A DNA stretch of 64,000 bases from Mobula hypostoma. Taxonomy: Eukaryota. Where the stretch lies: contig NC_086110.1 of the NCBI RefSeq assembly GCF_963921235.1, positions 744,001 through 808,000 on the forward strand, written 5' to 3'. The notes beneath the pieces were generated by a model. That model was not told where the DNA came from. It was given only the letters and a program-made list of their open reading frames with translations, and did no database searches. This document shows, one piece after another, positions 10,575-24,489 of the stretch (within the stretch, counting starts at the first letter, position 1; every line of letters begins with the position of its first letter). The position numbers were made by a program, and so were the translations under genes.

Positions 10575-13480
10575 CATAAGACCATAAGACATAGCAACAG
10601 AATTAGGATTTGGCAGAATTTGGCCCGTCGAGGCTGCTCCAACATATCAACATGGCTGATCCACTTTTCCTCTCAGCCCCAATTACCTGCCTCTTCCTGT
10701 TTCCATTCATCACTTGACCAACCAAAGGCTATCAACCTCTGCCTTAAATTTAGGTAAACATTTGGCCTTCAGCACCGCTAGTGTCACCGAATTCCATAGG
10801 TTCACTGCTCTTTGGGTGAAGAAATTCCTGCTCATATCTGTTCTATAAAGACCCTGTGACCTCTGGTCTTCGGCTCTCCTACCATCTGAAACATGCTGTC
10901 TATATCCATTCGATCAAGGCCTTTCAACAATCGCTCTGTTTCAACAAATTGTAGTGAATACAGGCCCAGAGCCATCAACTGCTGTTCATACGACAAGCCG
11001 TTCAATTCTGCAATCATTGCGGTGAACTTCCTTTGAACCCTTCCAGTGCTCGCACATTCTTTCTATCATAACGGGCCCAATCATTTTCGCAGTGCTCCAA
11101 CAGAGGCCCCGCCGGTACTATACAAAGCCGCAAAATTACATTCTTGTTTTTTTTTTTTTATTAACCCTCTTCTTGGGATGAATCCCAACCTTGAAAATGC
11201 CTTCCTCACCTCAGAGTCAACCTGCAAAGTACACATTTAGAGAATTCTGCACAGGGACTCGCAAGTTGCTCTCCCTCTGTTTTTTTTAATCTACTCTCTA
11301 TTTAGAAAACAGTCATTCTTTTCTTTCTTCTAACCCAAGTGCATGACTGTACATTTTCCCGATACTGTATACCATCTTCCCCTTTTTTGCCCATTCTCCG
11401 AATATGTTTACGTTCTTTTGTAACCCCTCCACTTTCTTAAAACAACCTGCCCTTATGCGTATCTTCATATTGTCCGCAAAATTGAAACAAAGCCATCAAT
11501 TCTGTCACCAAAATCTATGACAGATAACGTACAAAAGTTGCCCCAGCGGAGACCGCTGTGAAACACTAGTAGTCAACTGTAGTTAACCAGAAATGTCTCT
11601 CCTTATTCCCACTCTTTTTCTCCTGCCAATTAACCACTACTTTATCCATGCTGGTATATTTCCTCTATTAACATTGGCTCTTAACTTGTTCAGCAGCCTC
11701 CTGTGCTCTGTTTGTCAAAGCCATTCTAAAAATCAAGTACACAGCATCGACCGAGTCTTCTTTCTCTATACAACGTGTTATTTCTTCAAAAGAATCCTAA
11801 CAGATTTGTCAGAGAAGTGTTTCCCTAGAGGAAACCATGCTAACTACCGCCTACTTGATCATACAGTGACTCAATTTTACAACTTATGCAACTGAAGAAT
11901 CTTATAATATCCTCTTTAATATTATTAGCTTGCTTACCTCGCAGTAGCTTCCTACTGCTTTTAAAACGTTTCCCAATCTTCGTAATTACCCAGTGATTAT
12001 TACTTTATTGTATATCCTCCATTTGGATTTTATAACTTTGACTTCTCTTGTTCGTCGCAGATCTGTCATTTCACCTTCAGAATGATTCTTCCATTTGGGA
12101 ATGTATATATCCTGTACAGTGCAATTTGCTTCCAGAAATTCCACCTTTACTGCTCAGCCGTTATTCCTGCCAGTTTTCTTTTCCAATGATTTTGACCAAC
12201 TGCTCACTCATGCCCCAGTCATTGCCTTGCAATGCATTTGATTTTAGCTTAACTTTCAGCGTGAATTCTGGTATACTCTGACAGCTGTCCAAGAGGAGTA
12301 CTTTTAAATTAGGCTCTCTAATCATTCTAATTAACTGCACAACACCCTGCCCAGAGGAGCTAATTCTCTAGCTAGTTGCTCTAAAATGACACCTCGTAGG
12401 TTTTCTAGAAATATCCTTTCCTGGATTCCAGCACTACCTTATTTTCCCGATTTACCTGCATATTGAAATCCTCCATGTCTCTTGCAACATTTAAATTTTG
12501 GCATTTTCTGTCTCCCGTTGTGACTTGTAGACCACATCCTTACTACTTCCGAACAACTCTAGCAAACCTACCTGCAAGGATCATGGAACCCCTCGGTTTC
12601 ATTTCTAACCTGTCCCTTTACCCCAGAAGAGACTCCAGTGACCAGAAGTCTGAACCCATATTCCCTGTACCAGTTGCTCAGCCACAGTTTTCACCTGCCA
12701 AATCGTCATATTTTTATTCTCGCTTGCACCTGACACAAGCAACAATTCAGAGATCACTATCTGGAAGGTCCTGTTTTCGGCGTTCTACCCAATTTCCTAA
12801 AATCGTTGTTCCAGACCTCCTGACTTTGTCACCTATCTCATTGGAACCAATATGGACCAAGACATCTGGCTCCGCACAGTCGTCCATGAGAATACCATGG
12901 GCCCAATCTGATATATCCGTCATCCTGGCGCTGGAGAGGCAACTAGCAGTCCTGGCGTCTCTATCACACCTACAGAATTTCCTCTCTGCCTCTCTGTCTG
13001 TGAAATCTCCTATCAGTCCTGTTCACCTCTCTGTTCTTCCGAGCTAGAACAGCAGAGTTAGTGCCAGAGACCCGGTCACCGTGGCTCACCCCTCGTAGTC
13101 TGTTGCCTTTAACAGTATCTGAGTATGTATGCTTATTATTGAGGGAAACGGCCGCAGGCTTACTATGCACTGGCTGTTCATTTCTCTTCATTCTCTTAAT
13201 AGTTATCTAAATACCTGTCTCCTGCGACCAAGGGTGACTTCCTCCATGTAGCTCCTATCTATCAGTTCCTCATCCTTCAGTGTGAGTCGCACGTCACAGA
13301 GCTGCAGTTCCAGTTCCTTAATACGTTTTCTCAGCAACTCCGTGCACCTGCTCCCGCTGTGTTCATCCGGGAGACTATGGGCATTCAAGACTTCGTACAT
13401 CGCACACACACTACAAAACACTGCCGCTGGAACCCTTCTCACTGCGCTACAATGTCCTAACAGGCGAGGAATGAAGAAAT
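10575..13480 (-). mobile_element. Old CR1 LINE with ORF1, EN, RT and 3' remnants
   Basis: ORF1-like CSVCAMYEV..RIKELELQL at ~13200-13440, and CR1 C-terminal LMALGLYSLQF at ~10830-11020. Confidence 0.75.
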
Positions 13481-13489
13481 AAAAAGGAA

Positions 13490-13860
13490 GAAAATATGAT
13501 GAAGGGCATTGATCGTGAACAGCCAAATATATTTTCCCAGAGCTGAAATGGTTAACATGATGAGGCATAGTTTTAAGCTGCTTGGAAATAGGTACCGTGG
13601 GGATGCCAAGGGTATTTTTTTTTTTCACACAGAGAGTGGTGGATGCGTGGAATGCTCTGTCGGCCGCCGTGATCGACGCGAATACAATAGGGCAATTTAA
13701 CAGCATTTTAAATAGGTGCATGAAGTTTAGAAAGATAGATGGCTAAGCGCCAGGCAGGTTCTAGAGTAGGTAATATGGTCGGCACAACATTGTGGGCCAA
13801 AAGACGTGCAATATGCTGTAAAATTCTATATTCTCCGTTTCTAAACGCACCAGATACTTT
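13490..13860 (+). mobile_element. CR1 3' fragment
   Basis: MMKGIDREQPNIFSQ-like C-terminus followed by a CR1 3' UTR ending gtaaaattctatattct. Confidence 0.6.
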
Positions 13861-14947
13861 CGCTTGCCCAAGACTGATGAAGCAAAGCCTCTTTATACAC
13901 TGGCGCACTGAAAATAATGTCTACTCCGCTTGCACTTGCCTCATTTCTATTCGCTCTTGCTCATGATATTCTTACAGTCCGAATTCTGTAAATAAATGTG
14001 CATGCAATATCAGAATTCTGATATTATTTAATGAACTAACAGCGTTATGGGATAAGACATTACTGCAAGACGTTTGGCATTTCAAAATCTGCATGCTAAA
14101 TTGCACAAATCATGACTATTAACAGAAAGTAGATCATCTATGGGAACATTTAAAAATGCTGGCGAAATTGACAGGTGGAGGGTGTGAAATGTGGTCAAAT
14201 TCGGAAAGAAATTACAGAGTCTCCCGCAAATCTAGATCTTTTATATTATTTTCTACAGCATATGCACACAGCGAGTGAACAAAACATTGTCGACCAGTTA
14301 TTTTATTTACTTTGCCTCGAGAAACAGAAGAATAATTGGAACATTTGCTGATGACATGGGCGTAACGGTGGCCAATAGAGTAAGCTAGACGAGCCGAATG
14401 ACTCGGTTCTGTGCAGCAAAGTGTTCACAGTGTAACGTAAGGAGCGTAGAAAATGGGATATAACGACCCAGTAGATATAATTTACATAAACTTCTGTAAT
14501 ACTTTTACAAGATTTCAAATTGTACTCAGTTCCGTTAGGGAGAATAAAGCACGAAGAAAAACCGTGTTAGCAAGTTGGATCTTAAATTGTTTTCTCGATC
14601 GGAGAACAAACTTTGATACTGGATGTTTTTTTTCGGGATGTTTGCTTTTGACAAGTTGGGATTGCAACATTGATACCTAATTATATAATTGTTGGAGATG
14701 TAGATAGCGAATAAGTGTTTCCATTGATATTGCAGACCATAAATGGAAATTCAACGATAAATTTCTGACGTCTACATTTTGAGTTTATTCCTGTTGTATG
14801 AAAAATAGAGTAAATGAAAGGACCTTTGGAAGTCTGATCTTGTGTTGCAAATCCATACCTCGCTAGAACATGTTGAAACTCTCGGACAGGGTAGTGAAGA
14901 AGGCACTTGGTGGGTTTGGCTCATAGGACATGGTAGTGAGATAAGAC

Positions 14948-16555
14948 AATAAGACCATAAGATATAGGAGCAGAAGTGGGCCATGAGGCTCATCCAGTCT
15001 GCTTCGCCATTAAATCATAGACTGATGCATTCCTTCCAGTCATCCGCATTCCCCTGTTTTCACCCCATACCCGTTGATGGTTTGGCTAATGAAAACCCTA
15101 TCTATCTTTGCCTTAAATATGCCCAATGACTTGGCCTCCATAGCCGATTGTGGCGAAAAATTCCATATTTGCCACCTTCTGACTAAAGTAATTTCTCTGC
15201 AGCTCAGTTCTAAAAGCATGTCCTTCAATCTTGTCCTAGAGTCCTCTACCATAGGAAATAAGCTTGCCATATCTAATCTTTTCAGGCCTTTTAAGATTTG
15301 TAATGTTTCTATGAGATGCCCCCTCAGTTTCCCGAACTCCAGGGAATACAGCCCAAGAGCTGCCAGACGTTCCTCATACGGTAACCCTTTCATTCCTGGG
15401 ATCAATTTCGAAAATATTCTCTGAATACTTTCCAATGTCAGCATATTTTTTCTCAAATAAGGAGCCCAAAAACTGCACACAATACTCCAAGTGCGGTCTC
15501 ACGAGAGCCTTATAGAGCCTCAACATCACATCCCTGCTCTTATATTCAATACCTCGACATATCAATGTCAACGTTGCATTTGCCTTTTCACAACCGACTC
15601 GACCTGGAGGTTAACCTTTAGGATATCTTGAAGAATGACTCCCAGGTCGCTTTGCATCTCTGTATTTCGAATTCTTTCTCCGTCTTAATAATATTTTGCT
15701 CGTTTATTTATTTCACCAAGATGCATGACCATACAGTATCTAACATTGTATTTCATTTGCCACTTCTTTGCCTATTCCCCGAAACTATCAAAATGGAGAG
15801 AGTACAGAAAGATGTCAGCAAAATAGAGATGGTACAGAAAAGATTTACTAGAATTTTACCTGGGTTTCATCACCTAAGTTACAGAGAAAGGTTGAACAAG
15901 TTCGGTCTTTATTCTTTGGAACGTAGAAAGTTGGGGGGTGGAGACTTGATAGAGGTGTTTAAAATTATAAATGGGATAGATAGAGTTAACGTGGATAGGC
16001 TTTTTCCATTGTGAGTGGGGGAGTTTCAAACAAGAGGACATAATTGGAGAGTTACGGGGCAAAAGTTTAGGGGTAAAATGAGGGAGAGTTCTTTACTCAG
16101 AGCGTGGTAGCTGTGTTCAACGAGCTTCCAGCTGAAGTGGTTGAGGTAGGTTTGAAGTTGTCGTTTAAAGTTAAATTGGATAGCTATATGGACAGGAAAG
16201 GAATTAAGGGTTATGGGCTGAGTGCAGGTCGGCGGGAATAGGTGACAGTAAGAGTTCTGCACGGACTAGAGGGGTCGAGATAGATATCTAAGTCTCTCTG
16301 CAGCTCTCTGTTTCTTCAACACTACCCTCCCCTCCACCTATTTTTGTTTCGTCGGCAAATTTAGCAACAAATCCATTAATACCGTTTTCTAAATCATTGG
16401 CATACATCTTAAAAAGCTGCTGTCCCAATACCGACCAGTGTGTAACTCCACTGGTAACTAGCTGCCAGCCAGAATAGGATCTCTTTATTCCAACTCTGTG
16501 TTTTCTGCCGACCAGTCAATCCCCCCGCCCCCCGCTTTTAAGTTCCCTGTAATTC
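14948..16555 (-). mobile_element. CR1 3' part (host of the L1 insertion), with a plus-strand CR1 3' fragment nested at ~15790-16275
   Basis: RPHLEYCVQF and LAALGLYSLEF on minus, and RLNKFGLYSLERRKL on plus. The RT sequence continues at 22372, beyond the L1. Confidence 0.8.
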
Positions 16556-17108
16556 TTTTTTTTTTAATTTTATTTTTATTTGGATAAGGAGTTCACAATT
16601 ATCATGTACTTTTTTCACACATATAACCTTTTCCATTTTTTTATATGTATAAAACTACAATTATTTATACATTCTTAAGGACACATTGAAATGATATAAA
16701 AGCAAAATAAACATTTAAATAGACAATTATGTACTGTGGTAAATCTAACCTATTAGGCTAAGTAATGAAATTAGTTGTTAAGAAAAATGGTAATAATAGT
16801 TTCCATACAACCCTTCTGGACCATTTCCACTGGTCCAAAATGCTGCATATAAGCCTATATACCAACCACTGTAGGTGTTTATATCCCAATTTGTTCGTGC
16901 TTGTTCCTGCCCGCAGACATAATTATCCAATCCCTATGTACTTATTTACTTAATTTTTTCATTTTTTTTATCCCTTTCCCAAATCTTTCCCTTTACTTGT
17001 GATAATTCTCTATTTTCCAAAAAAATACAACAAACATTTAGACTAGGGGTGCTTACGTTAGCAATATTACTGTGTTGAAGAGAAGAGCAATATAAGACAT
17101 TAGGAGAG

Positions 17109-20100
17109 TCATCTAAAGTCTGCTCGCATTGGGGTTATATATTCAATCCATTTATTCCAGATTTGATAAAATGTTTCTTTTTGAGTTCTCAGGGAGTAGG
17201 TCAACTTTTCCATTTTAAATATTTCCAAGATAATTTCGTACCAATCTTCTAATGTAGGTGGTATTGGATTTAGCCATTTTCTAGTGATTGATTTCTTACT
17301 CGCCGCTAAGAGCGCCTGCAGCAACTTTATATCTTCCTTCTGTTCAAGGAACAATACATGCCCCAAATAGAGCGTCTCAAAGTTCAGAGGTATCTGGGAC
17401 CTAAGTACCTTAACTAATGTTCTATGAATACCTTCCCAAAATAGACTTAATTTAGGGCAATCCCAGAAAATATGAAAATGATTTGCCTCCTTGGAGCCGC
17501 ACCTTCTCCAACACATCACATTTGTATCTTTATATTTTTCCTGATATGGGGTCTTCAAGTATCTTATAATGTTTTTCCAACAATGTTCTCTCCAAGTCAA
17601 AGAATTAGTCGAGGACCATTGAAAGCTGCAGATTTTCCCCCAAGCCTCCTCTGAAAGTACCAACCCCGCTTCTTTCTCCCACTTCTCTTTAATATACAGT
17701 GTATTTACATTTTTAGCATGGGAGAGTGCATTATATAGACGAGAAACTGATTTACTAGGTATTAAACTGCAAGCCGAATTCAGAATCTTGAAAAATTCTA
17801 ATTCTACTGTTGATAGGTCTGTATATCTACAACTCTGGTTAACATAGTTTCGTATTTGAAGGTACCTAAAAAAGTCATTATGTTCTAGGCCATGTTTGTC
17901 CTGCAGGATTTGGAAACTTTGTAATACTCTTTTATCTATATATGAGAGGTAGGTTGTAAGACCTTTCTTTATCCATAGCTCAAATCTTTTATCTCCTCTC
18001 TTGGGAAGGAATTCGGTATCATATGCACACCATCTAAAGAGTTTTAGCATGTTATTAATTCCACATGAATTAACCACCTTCTGTCATACTTTTAATGTAA
18101 GATTTATCCAAGCATTATTATTTTTTTCCAACTGGGCCATCAATCCTTTGTCAGCTATTGAGGCCTGAAGAGGAAAACTGTCAACCAATCCAAATTCTAT
18201 TTCCTTCCATCTAGCCTTATATTCCCTATTACACCAATATAACAGAGGGGTTATCTGTGAGGCATAAAAATAATTTCTCAGGCAAGGAAGAACCATACCT
18301 CCTCTTTCCTTCCCTAACTGTAAGGTGTTATATCGAATTCTAGGTTTCCTTCCTTGCCAAATGAAGCGGGAAATCCATTTGTCCCATTCCCTGAATTGAT
18401 TATCATCTACCTCCACTGGTAAGGTACGGAAAAGATATAATAACCGAGGTAGAATATTCATTTTTATAGCATGTATCCTTGAATTTAAACTTAAAAAGGG
18501 GATAAGATTCCATCTATGCATATCTGCTTTTATCTCTGAGATTAATGGCCCATAATTTACCTGTGACAGTGTTGAAAGATCCTTCGGCAGGGTTATTCCT
18601 AAATATTTTAATGATTTAGCTTCCCACTTAAGATCGTATGTATCCTGTAACTTTTTGGATGGTGTATAATTTAGGGACATAACCTGCGTTTTCTTTACAT
18701 TTATTTTATAACCTGATATTTTCCCAAAGTCATCCAACAGTGTAAACAATCCTATAAATGATTTCTCTGGTTCACTCAGATAGACCAAAACATCATCTGC
18801 GAATAACGCCACTTTCTGTTCAATCCCTGCCACCTTGATAACTTTTACGATTTCGCTCTGTCTTATCAGTTGGGCAAGTGGTTCAATATATAGCGCATAA
18901 AAGGAGAGGAGAAATTGGGCATCCCTGTCTAGTGCCTCTCTCTAAAATGAAGGAGTCAGAGAGATCCCCATTTATCTTAATTCGGGCTGTTGGGCTGTCA
19001 TACAGAGTCTGAACTACTTTAATAAACCTTTCTTGAAAGCCGAATCTTCCTAACACTCTGTATAGGAATGCCCAACTAACCGAATCAAAAGCTTTCTCAG
19101 CGTCCAATCCTACTACCATTGTCTCTGTCTCGTTCTTATTAACCTGTTCTAATATGTGCAGAGTTCTCCTTATGTTGTCCTGTGTTTGTCTTTGTTGAAT
19201 AAATCCAGTCTGGTCTAAATGGATTAGGCCAGGTAAAAGCTTTTCCAATCTGCGCGCTAATATAGATGTCAATAGTTTGTAATCTAAATTAAGAACACTA
19301 ATTGGCCGATAATTGCCACATTCTAGTTTATCTTTACCCTCTTTAGGAATAACTGAAATAATCGCTTCTCTCCAGGAAGGTGGAGTTTCTCCTCTCTGCA
19401 AGATCCAATTAAAGGTGTTAAGTAGTAATGGGGCTAACTGTGTCTTCAGGGACTTGTACCACTCTGAGGTAAACCCATCAGAACCCGGGGACTTTCCAGC
19501 CTTTAACCTAGAGATGGTCACGTTCAGTTCTTTGACAGTTACTGGTTCTAATAAACTTTCATTTTGTAAATCTGTAAGTTTAGGTAGATCGAAAAAAATC
19601 AATGCACTGTCTATATAGGGCTCACTGGGGGCCCGGGGTTGGGAGTACAGCTCTCGATAATACGTTTCAAAACTCTCTTGAATTTTCCCTATTGTACTCT
19701 TCACAAGCTTTGTCTTTGGATTCTTTATTTTATGAATTGTATTGTCTGCTTGTTGTTTTCGTAATTTATATGCTAATAATCTAGCTGATTTACCTCCTAC
19801 TTCATAATTCTTTTGTCTCAGGTAAAGAAAATTTTTTTGAGTTTCCAACGTATAAATATCATCAATTTCACTTTGCAATTTCCTAATTTCCTGTTTTGGA
19901 TTTGAATTACTTTTGTTGCTATCCACAACTTGAAGTTGTTTTAATTTTCCTTGAAGGTCTGCTAATTTTTGTGCATTGATTTTTTTCATGTGAGTAGTAA
20001 TGGAAATAATTTTCCCTCTCAGTACAGCTTTCAATGTATCCCATAAAATCACTGGTGATGTTTCTCCCGTGTCATTAAGGTCTAGATATTCTTTGATTTC

Positions 20101-20900
20101 TCCCCTTAATCTCTCCATTACTTTTGGGTTATTAAGTATATGTGAGTTTAGCCTCCATAGTGTTTTCCTCATTTTCCTTTCCAGGATTAGAGACATAGAG
20201 ACTGGGCTATGATCCGACAGATCAATTGTTGCAATATTACAGTTTTTTTTATCCTGAGTCTATCTGTATTAAAGATAAAGAAATAGTCTATCGTTGAATA
20301 GGCTGAATGAGGGAAAGAGTAATATGTATAATCTTTACTAGTAGAGTGTAATTCCCTCCAGACATCTATAATTCCCAACTCCTGCATCAATGAATTCACT
20401 TTCCGAGTCAGAGGTTTATTCTAAGTAACTTTTCTTGAAGAATCTAATATAGGATTTATTCTAATATTAAAATCCCCTCCACAAATTACTACCCCTCGAG
20501 AACTGACCATTAGGTCAAAAATGTGTCTATAAAATGACCATTCACTACCTGGAGGAGCATAAACATTCAGCAATGTTATTTCTGTACCTTCTATTCTTCC
20601 TGTGATTTTTACAAACCGTCCTTCTTTGTCTCTAGTCTCTGAAATATGTTCATAATTAAGAGTACTTGATATTAAAGTAGCTACCCCTCTTTTGTGACTC
20701 AATTTATATGATGAATAAAATACATGCTTAAAGCCCATTCTTTTTAATTTTCCATGTTCAGATTGGCTCATATGTGTTTCCTGGAGGAAATCTATTTGTG
20801 CCCTCTCTTTTTTCAATTTAGACGTAATCTTCTTTCTTTTAATTGGATTCAAAACCCCATTAACATTATAGGAAATTATTTTTACCAATTCAGTTTGCAT
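17109..20900 (-). pseudogene. L1 ORF2 (APE endonuclease, RT, CCHC), disrupted by four lesions
   Basis: EN motifs SYNVNG, FLQETH, GGDFN and SDH. RT motifs LDAEKAFD, GTRQGCPISP and LFADD. C-terminal CWRRCG..HIFWDC. Nonsense codons at 20421-20423 and 18084-18086, frameshifts at the A8 run 20243-20250 and near 18900. Reconstructed length 1263 aa. Confidence 0.92.
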
Positions 20901-21262
20901 TTTTCTCTAGTAGAAAAAAAGCACTCTCCTTTTCTAACCAAACAGTAAGCAATCCCTTCTCAACAGTAAACCAAGACATATAACCACACCCTAGACATTT
21001 CTGAATGTATAACATTTGAAAATTTTCCCCGACTTCCCACAGTGAGGCCTGAGCACCGACCCGCCTCAGTTCAGAGGGATAACCTCTATCTTCACCCTGT
21101 GTTAGAGGGCCCTCAGCAGTTTGAATAATCATAGAGAATTTTCTCCTATTTATGTCTCGACCATATTGCTATCATTCAAGTTATTCCGCCTAGATTATTT
21201 TCAGTTACCAGTTTTCATTTTACTTTTAAGTCCGATTTACTCTTTTCAGTCATTTCTCTTAA

Positions 21263-22231
21263 TTAATCTGTATTCTCTGTACATTCGCGTCTGAATATTT
21301 GCAGCTTTTCCTTGTAGTTTGACACTCTGCTTCGTGTGGAGCGTCCTCGCCCCACTAACTGCCACGACTTCTGCCGAATCCTCTCCAGTAGCGACTCCGG
21401 TTGGGTGATAACTTTAACAGGTAGTCCCCGGTCCGCCAGGTCCGACGTTGCCTCCTCCACCGTAGCGTAAGTTTTTGTCCCTACGTCGTAAAAGACTCTC
21501 AGCCGAGCTGGATACAGGGTCTGGAATCTGATGTTGTTTTCCTTCCGGACTCTCCGTGTTTCCATATATTCCTTCCGTCCGGCAAGAATCCCCGGTGCGT
21601 AGTCGTGGTCTAAACTGATTTTACATTTGTTCCACATGAAACCTTTCTTTTGCCATGCTCTTTTAAGCACCTCTTCCTTCGTTCTGTAACTGAGAAATCT
21701 GGGCTGGGCGCCTGCCGGAGGCTGTGGTGCCAACGCGCGGTGAGCACTTTCTATCTGTAGGTCTTTTGCGGCCGGTATATCAAGGTTCTCTCTAAGCAGC
21801 TTCTCCACGAAGGGAATCATCAATCCGGGTTTACCTTCGGTTCCTTCGGGAACTCCGTAGATCCTCACATTTTCCCTTCTCGAGCGGCCTTCTTGATCTA
21901 TTAGTTTCCACTGGAGTTGGTCTTGTAGCTTCAGCATTTCTGCTATCACCTCCTCTGCGTTTTGTAGCTTCTCTTCAATTCCAACAATCCTCGCTTCGGC
22001 TTCATCTATCCGCGAGTTAGTTTTTACTATTTCTCCTTTAATATCTTCCAGCTGTTTGCTGTTATCTTGTCGGAACTCGCGAATCTCTGCGAGAATCAAA
22101 GACAAAGTCACCGATTCCCCCTCATTATCTCTGTCCTGGCTTGCCGTGGGAGAGCTAGGCCCTTCGCCTTGCTGCATCTCTTTATGTTTATCAGCCTTCA
22201 GAGCGGACTTTTGTTTCTTGTTCTTAGACAT
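21263..22231 (-). CDS. L1 ORF1p (coiled coil and RRM/CTD), open, 322 aa from ATG 22231
   Basis: EGRSRRENVRIYGVPEG, DLQIESAHRAL and FQTLYPARLRV are L1 ORF1 motifs. Confidence 0.9.
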   Translation of the reverse strand: MSKNKKQKSALKADKHKEMQQGEGPSSPTASQDRDNEGESVTLSLILAEIREFRQDNSKQLEDIKGEIVKTNSRIDEAEARIVGIEEKLQNAEEVIAEMLKLQDQLQWKLIDQEGRSRRENVRIYGVPEGTEGKPGLMIPFVEKLLRENLDIPAAKDLQIESAHRALAPQPPAGAQPRFLSYRTKEEVLKRAWQKKGFMWNKCKISLDHDYAPGILAGRKEYMETRRVRKENNIRFQTLYPARLRVFYDVGTKTYATVEEATSDLADRGLPVKVITQPESLLERIRQKSWQLVGRGRSTRSRVSNYKEKLQIFRRECTENTD

Positions 22232-22371
22232 CAACCTTGCCCCTTTTATTAATATACTTATGCAATATTAAGTATTTGTCTAAATTCGATTTTGGGGCAG
22301 TTTACCTTCTTTTTTGTCGAGAGACCTTTTCCTTACGCCGCCATTCCCTTGATGATCCGGAAGTCCTCCTC

Positions 22372-23760
22372 AAGTTCCCTGTAATTCCATGAGATCTCAT
22401 CTTGCTAAACAGCCTCATGTGTGGCACCATGTCAAAGGCCTTCTGAATATCCAAGTACACCATGCCTACTGCATCTCCTTTGTCTACCCTGCTTGTATTT
22501 ACTCAAATGAGTGCATTTGGTTTGTTAGGCAGAATTTTCCTTTCAGGAAACCAAGCTGGCTCTGGCATATCTTCTCATGTGCCTCCAAGTACTGTGTAAT
22601 CTCATCCCTACCAATCGGTTCCAATAACTTTCCAACCACTGATGCCAGACTAACAGGTCTGTAGTTTTCTTTCTGCTACCTCCCACCCTTCTTAAATAGC
22701 TGAGTAACATTTGCAATTTTCCAGTCATTCTGTACAATGCCAGAATCTATCAATTCTTCAAAGATCATTGTTAGTGCCTCTGCAAACGCTTCAGCTACTT
22801 CTTTCAGAACCCGAGGGTGCACTCTATCAGGGTCAGGAGATTTATTCACCCACAGACCATTAAGCTTCCTGAGCACCTTCTCACTCGTAATTTTCTCTCC
22901 ACAAACGTAACTTCTCTGACACTCTCGAATGTGCGATATACGGCAGACGTCTTCCACTGTGAAGACTGATGCAAAATACGCATTGTAGTCTTCTGCCATC
23001 TCTGCATCTCGCATTACAATATATCCAGCATCATTTTCTACTGGTCCTATATCTAACTCGACTCTCTTTTATCCTTTATATACTGTACCTAAAAACGCTT
23101 TTCGTATCTTCATTGATATTAGTCGTCAGCTTCCGCTCATAATTCATCTTTTCCTTCTTAATGACCTTATTAGTTTACTTGTGCAAGTTCTTAAAAGCTC
23201 CCCAATCCTCTATATTCCCACTAGCGCTGGGTTCGTTTTATGCCTTCTCTTTTGCTTTTACTTTGGCTCTGACTTCACTTGCCAGCCACGGTAGTGTCCT
23301 CCTTCCCTTGAAAATTTATTGTTTGGAATGTATATGTTTTGCATTTCCCTCATTTTCCTCAGATACTCCAACCATTGCTGCTCTTCTGCCGTTCCTGCAA
23401 TTGTCCCTTTCCAGTCTAGTTCGGCCAGATCCACTCTGATGCCATTGTAATTTCCTTTATTCCACTGCAATACTGACACATTGGACTTTATTCTTCCCTT
23501 CGGTTTTCAATGTGAACTCCATCATATTGTGATCACTTGCCCCTCAGGGTTCCTTAACCATAAGCTCTCTTATCAGCTCCGTTGCATTGCACAGCACCCA
23601 ATTCTGCGCAGCCGATCACCTAGTGGCCTCACCGGCAAGCTGTTCTAAAAAGCCAGTACTGACCTGGTTTCCCAAACCACTTTCATTTTAAAATCCCCAA
23701 CGATTATCAGGACATTGCCTTTCAGACACGTTTTTTCCACCTCCTGCTGGAGTTTGTAAT
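22372..23760 (-). mobile_element. Upstream part of the CR1 interrupted by the L1
   Basis: VLQWNKGNYNGIR, PDRVHPRVLKEVA and NDWKIANVTQLFKKG. Sequence is collinear with 16280-16555. Confidence 0.85.
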
Positions 23761-23809
23761 CCTCATCCCGACCATAAGACATAGGAGCAGAATTGGACCA
23801 CAAATCGCC

Positions 23810-24437
23810 CAAGACATGAAATGGACACCCGACGCGGACACTCTTGTCAAAAAGGCTCAGTAAAGGTTGTATTTCCTACGTCAACTCCGGAAGTACAGCC
23901 TGCTTCAGGAGCTACTGATGCAATTCTATTCAGGAATAATCCAGTCTGTTCTCTGTTCGTCCATCACTGTCTGGTTTGTATCAGCTAACTCACAGGACAC
24001 GAATAGACTCTAAATACCCGTCAGGGCTGCGGAAAGAATTGTTGGTGTGAAGCTGCCTCGATCCAGGACTTATAAGCATCTAGAGTCAGGAAGCGAGCAA
24101 GCAGCATCATTGTAGACCAAGCACACCCTGGACATCACCTGTCCCAACTCCTTCCTTCTGTAGGCGCCTTAGATCACTGTATGCCAGGACAAATAGGTAC
24201 AAGAACAGTTTATTTCCCTATGCCATCAGTCTAATGAACACTTGAACTTTGGTCCATTATAAACCATGTCCACTGTACATACACAGGTATACCTTATTGT
24301 ATATAGTTCACGATTATTTGCACTATAGTTTTGTTTGCTTTTTGATGCTGTACAGCGAGAGCTCGGGGAAACCGGCATCAAACTCCCTGTATGTGTCCAC
24401 ATACTTGGCGATAATAAAGGATTCTGATTCTGATTCT
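23810..24437 (+). mobile_element. Rex1/Babar 3' fragment with (GATTCT)n tail
   Basis: DTLVKKAQ..RLYFLRQLRKY..SSITVWF C-terminal RT-thumb region and the microsatellite tail. Confidence 0.75.
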
Positions 24438-24489
24438 AAAGCCCATCGAGTCTGTTCTCCCATTACAGCATAGCTGATCGCGGATCACA

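Larger units (their letters stand above)
16556..22371 (-). mobile_element. Full-length L1-clade LINE (5816 nt) with polyA tail and 16-bp TSD
   Basis: TSD AAGTTCCCTGTAATTC at 16540-16555 and 22372-22387. The 5' end reads GAGGAGGACTTCCGG. ORF1 and ORF2 are in tandem, and the A-rich tail is at ~16556-16580. Confidence 0.95.

Noticed and set aside
13860-13990. TATAAA-like box with a donor on minus, and a leader-like MSTPLALASFLF on plus
   Set aside because: No compatible downstream exon was found and the splice signals are weak.
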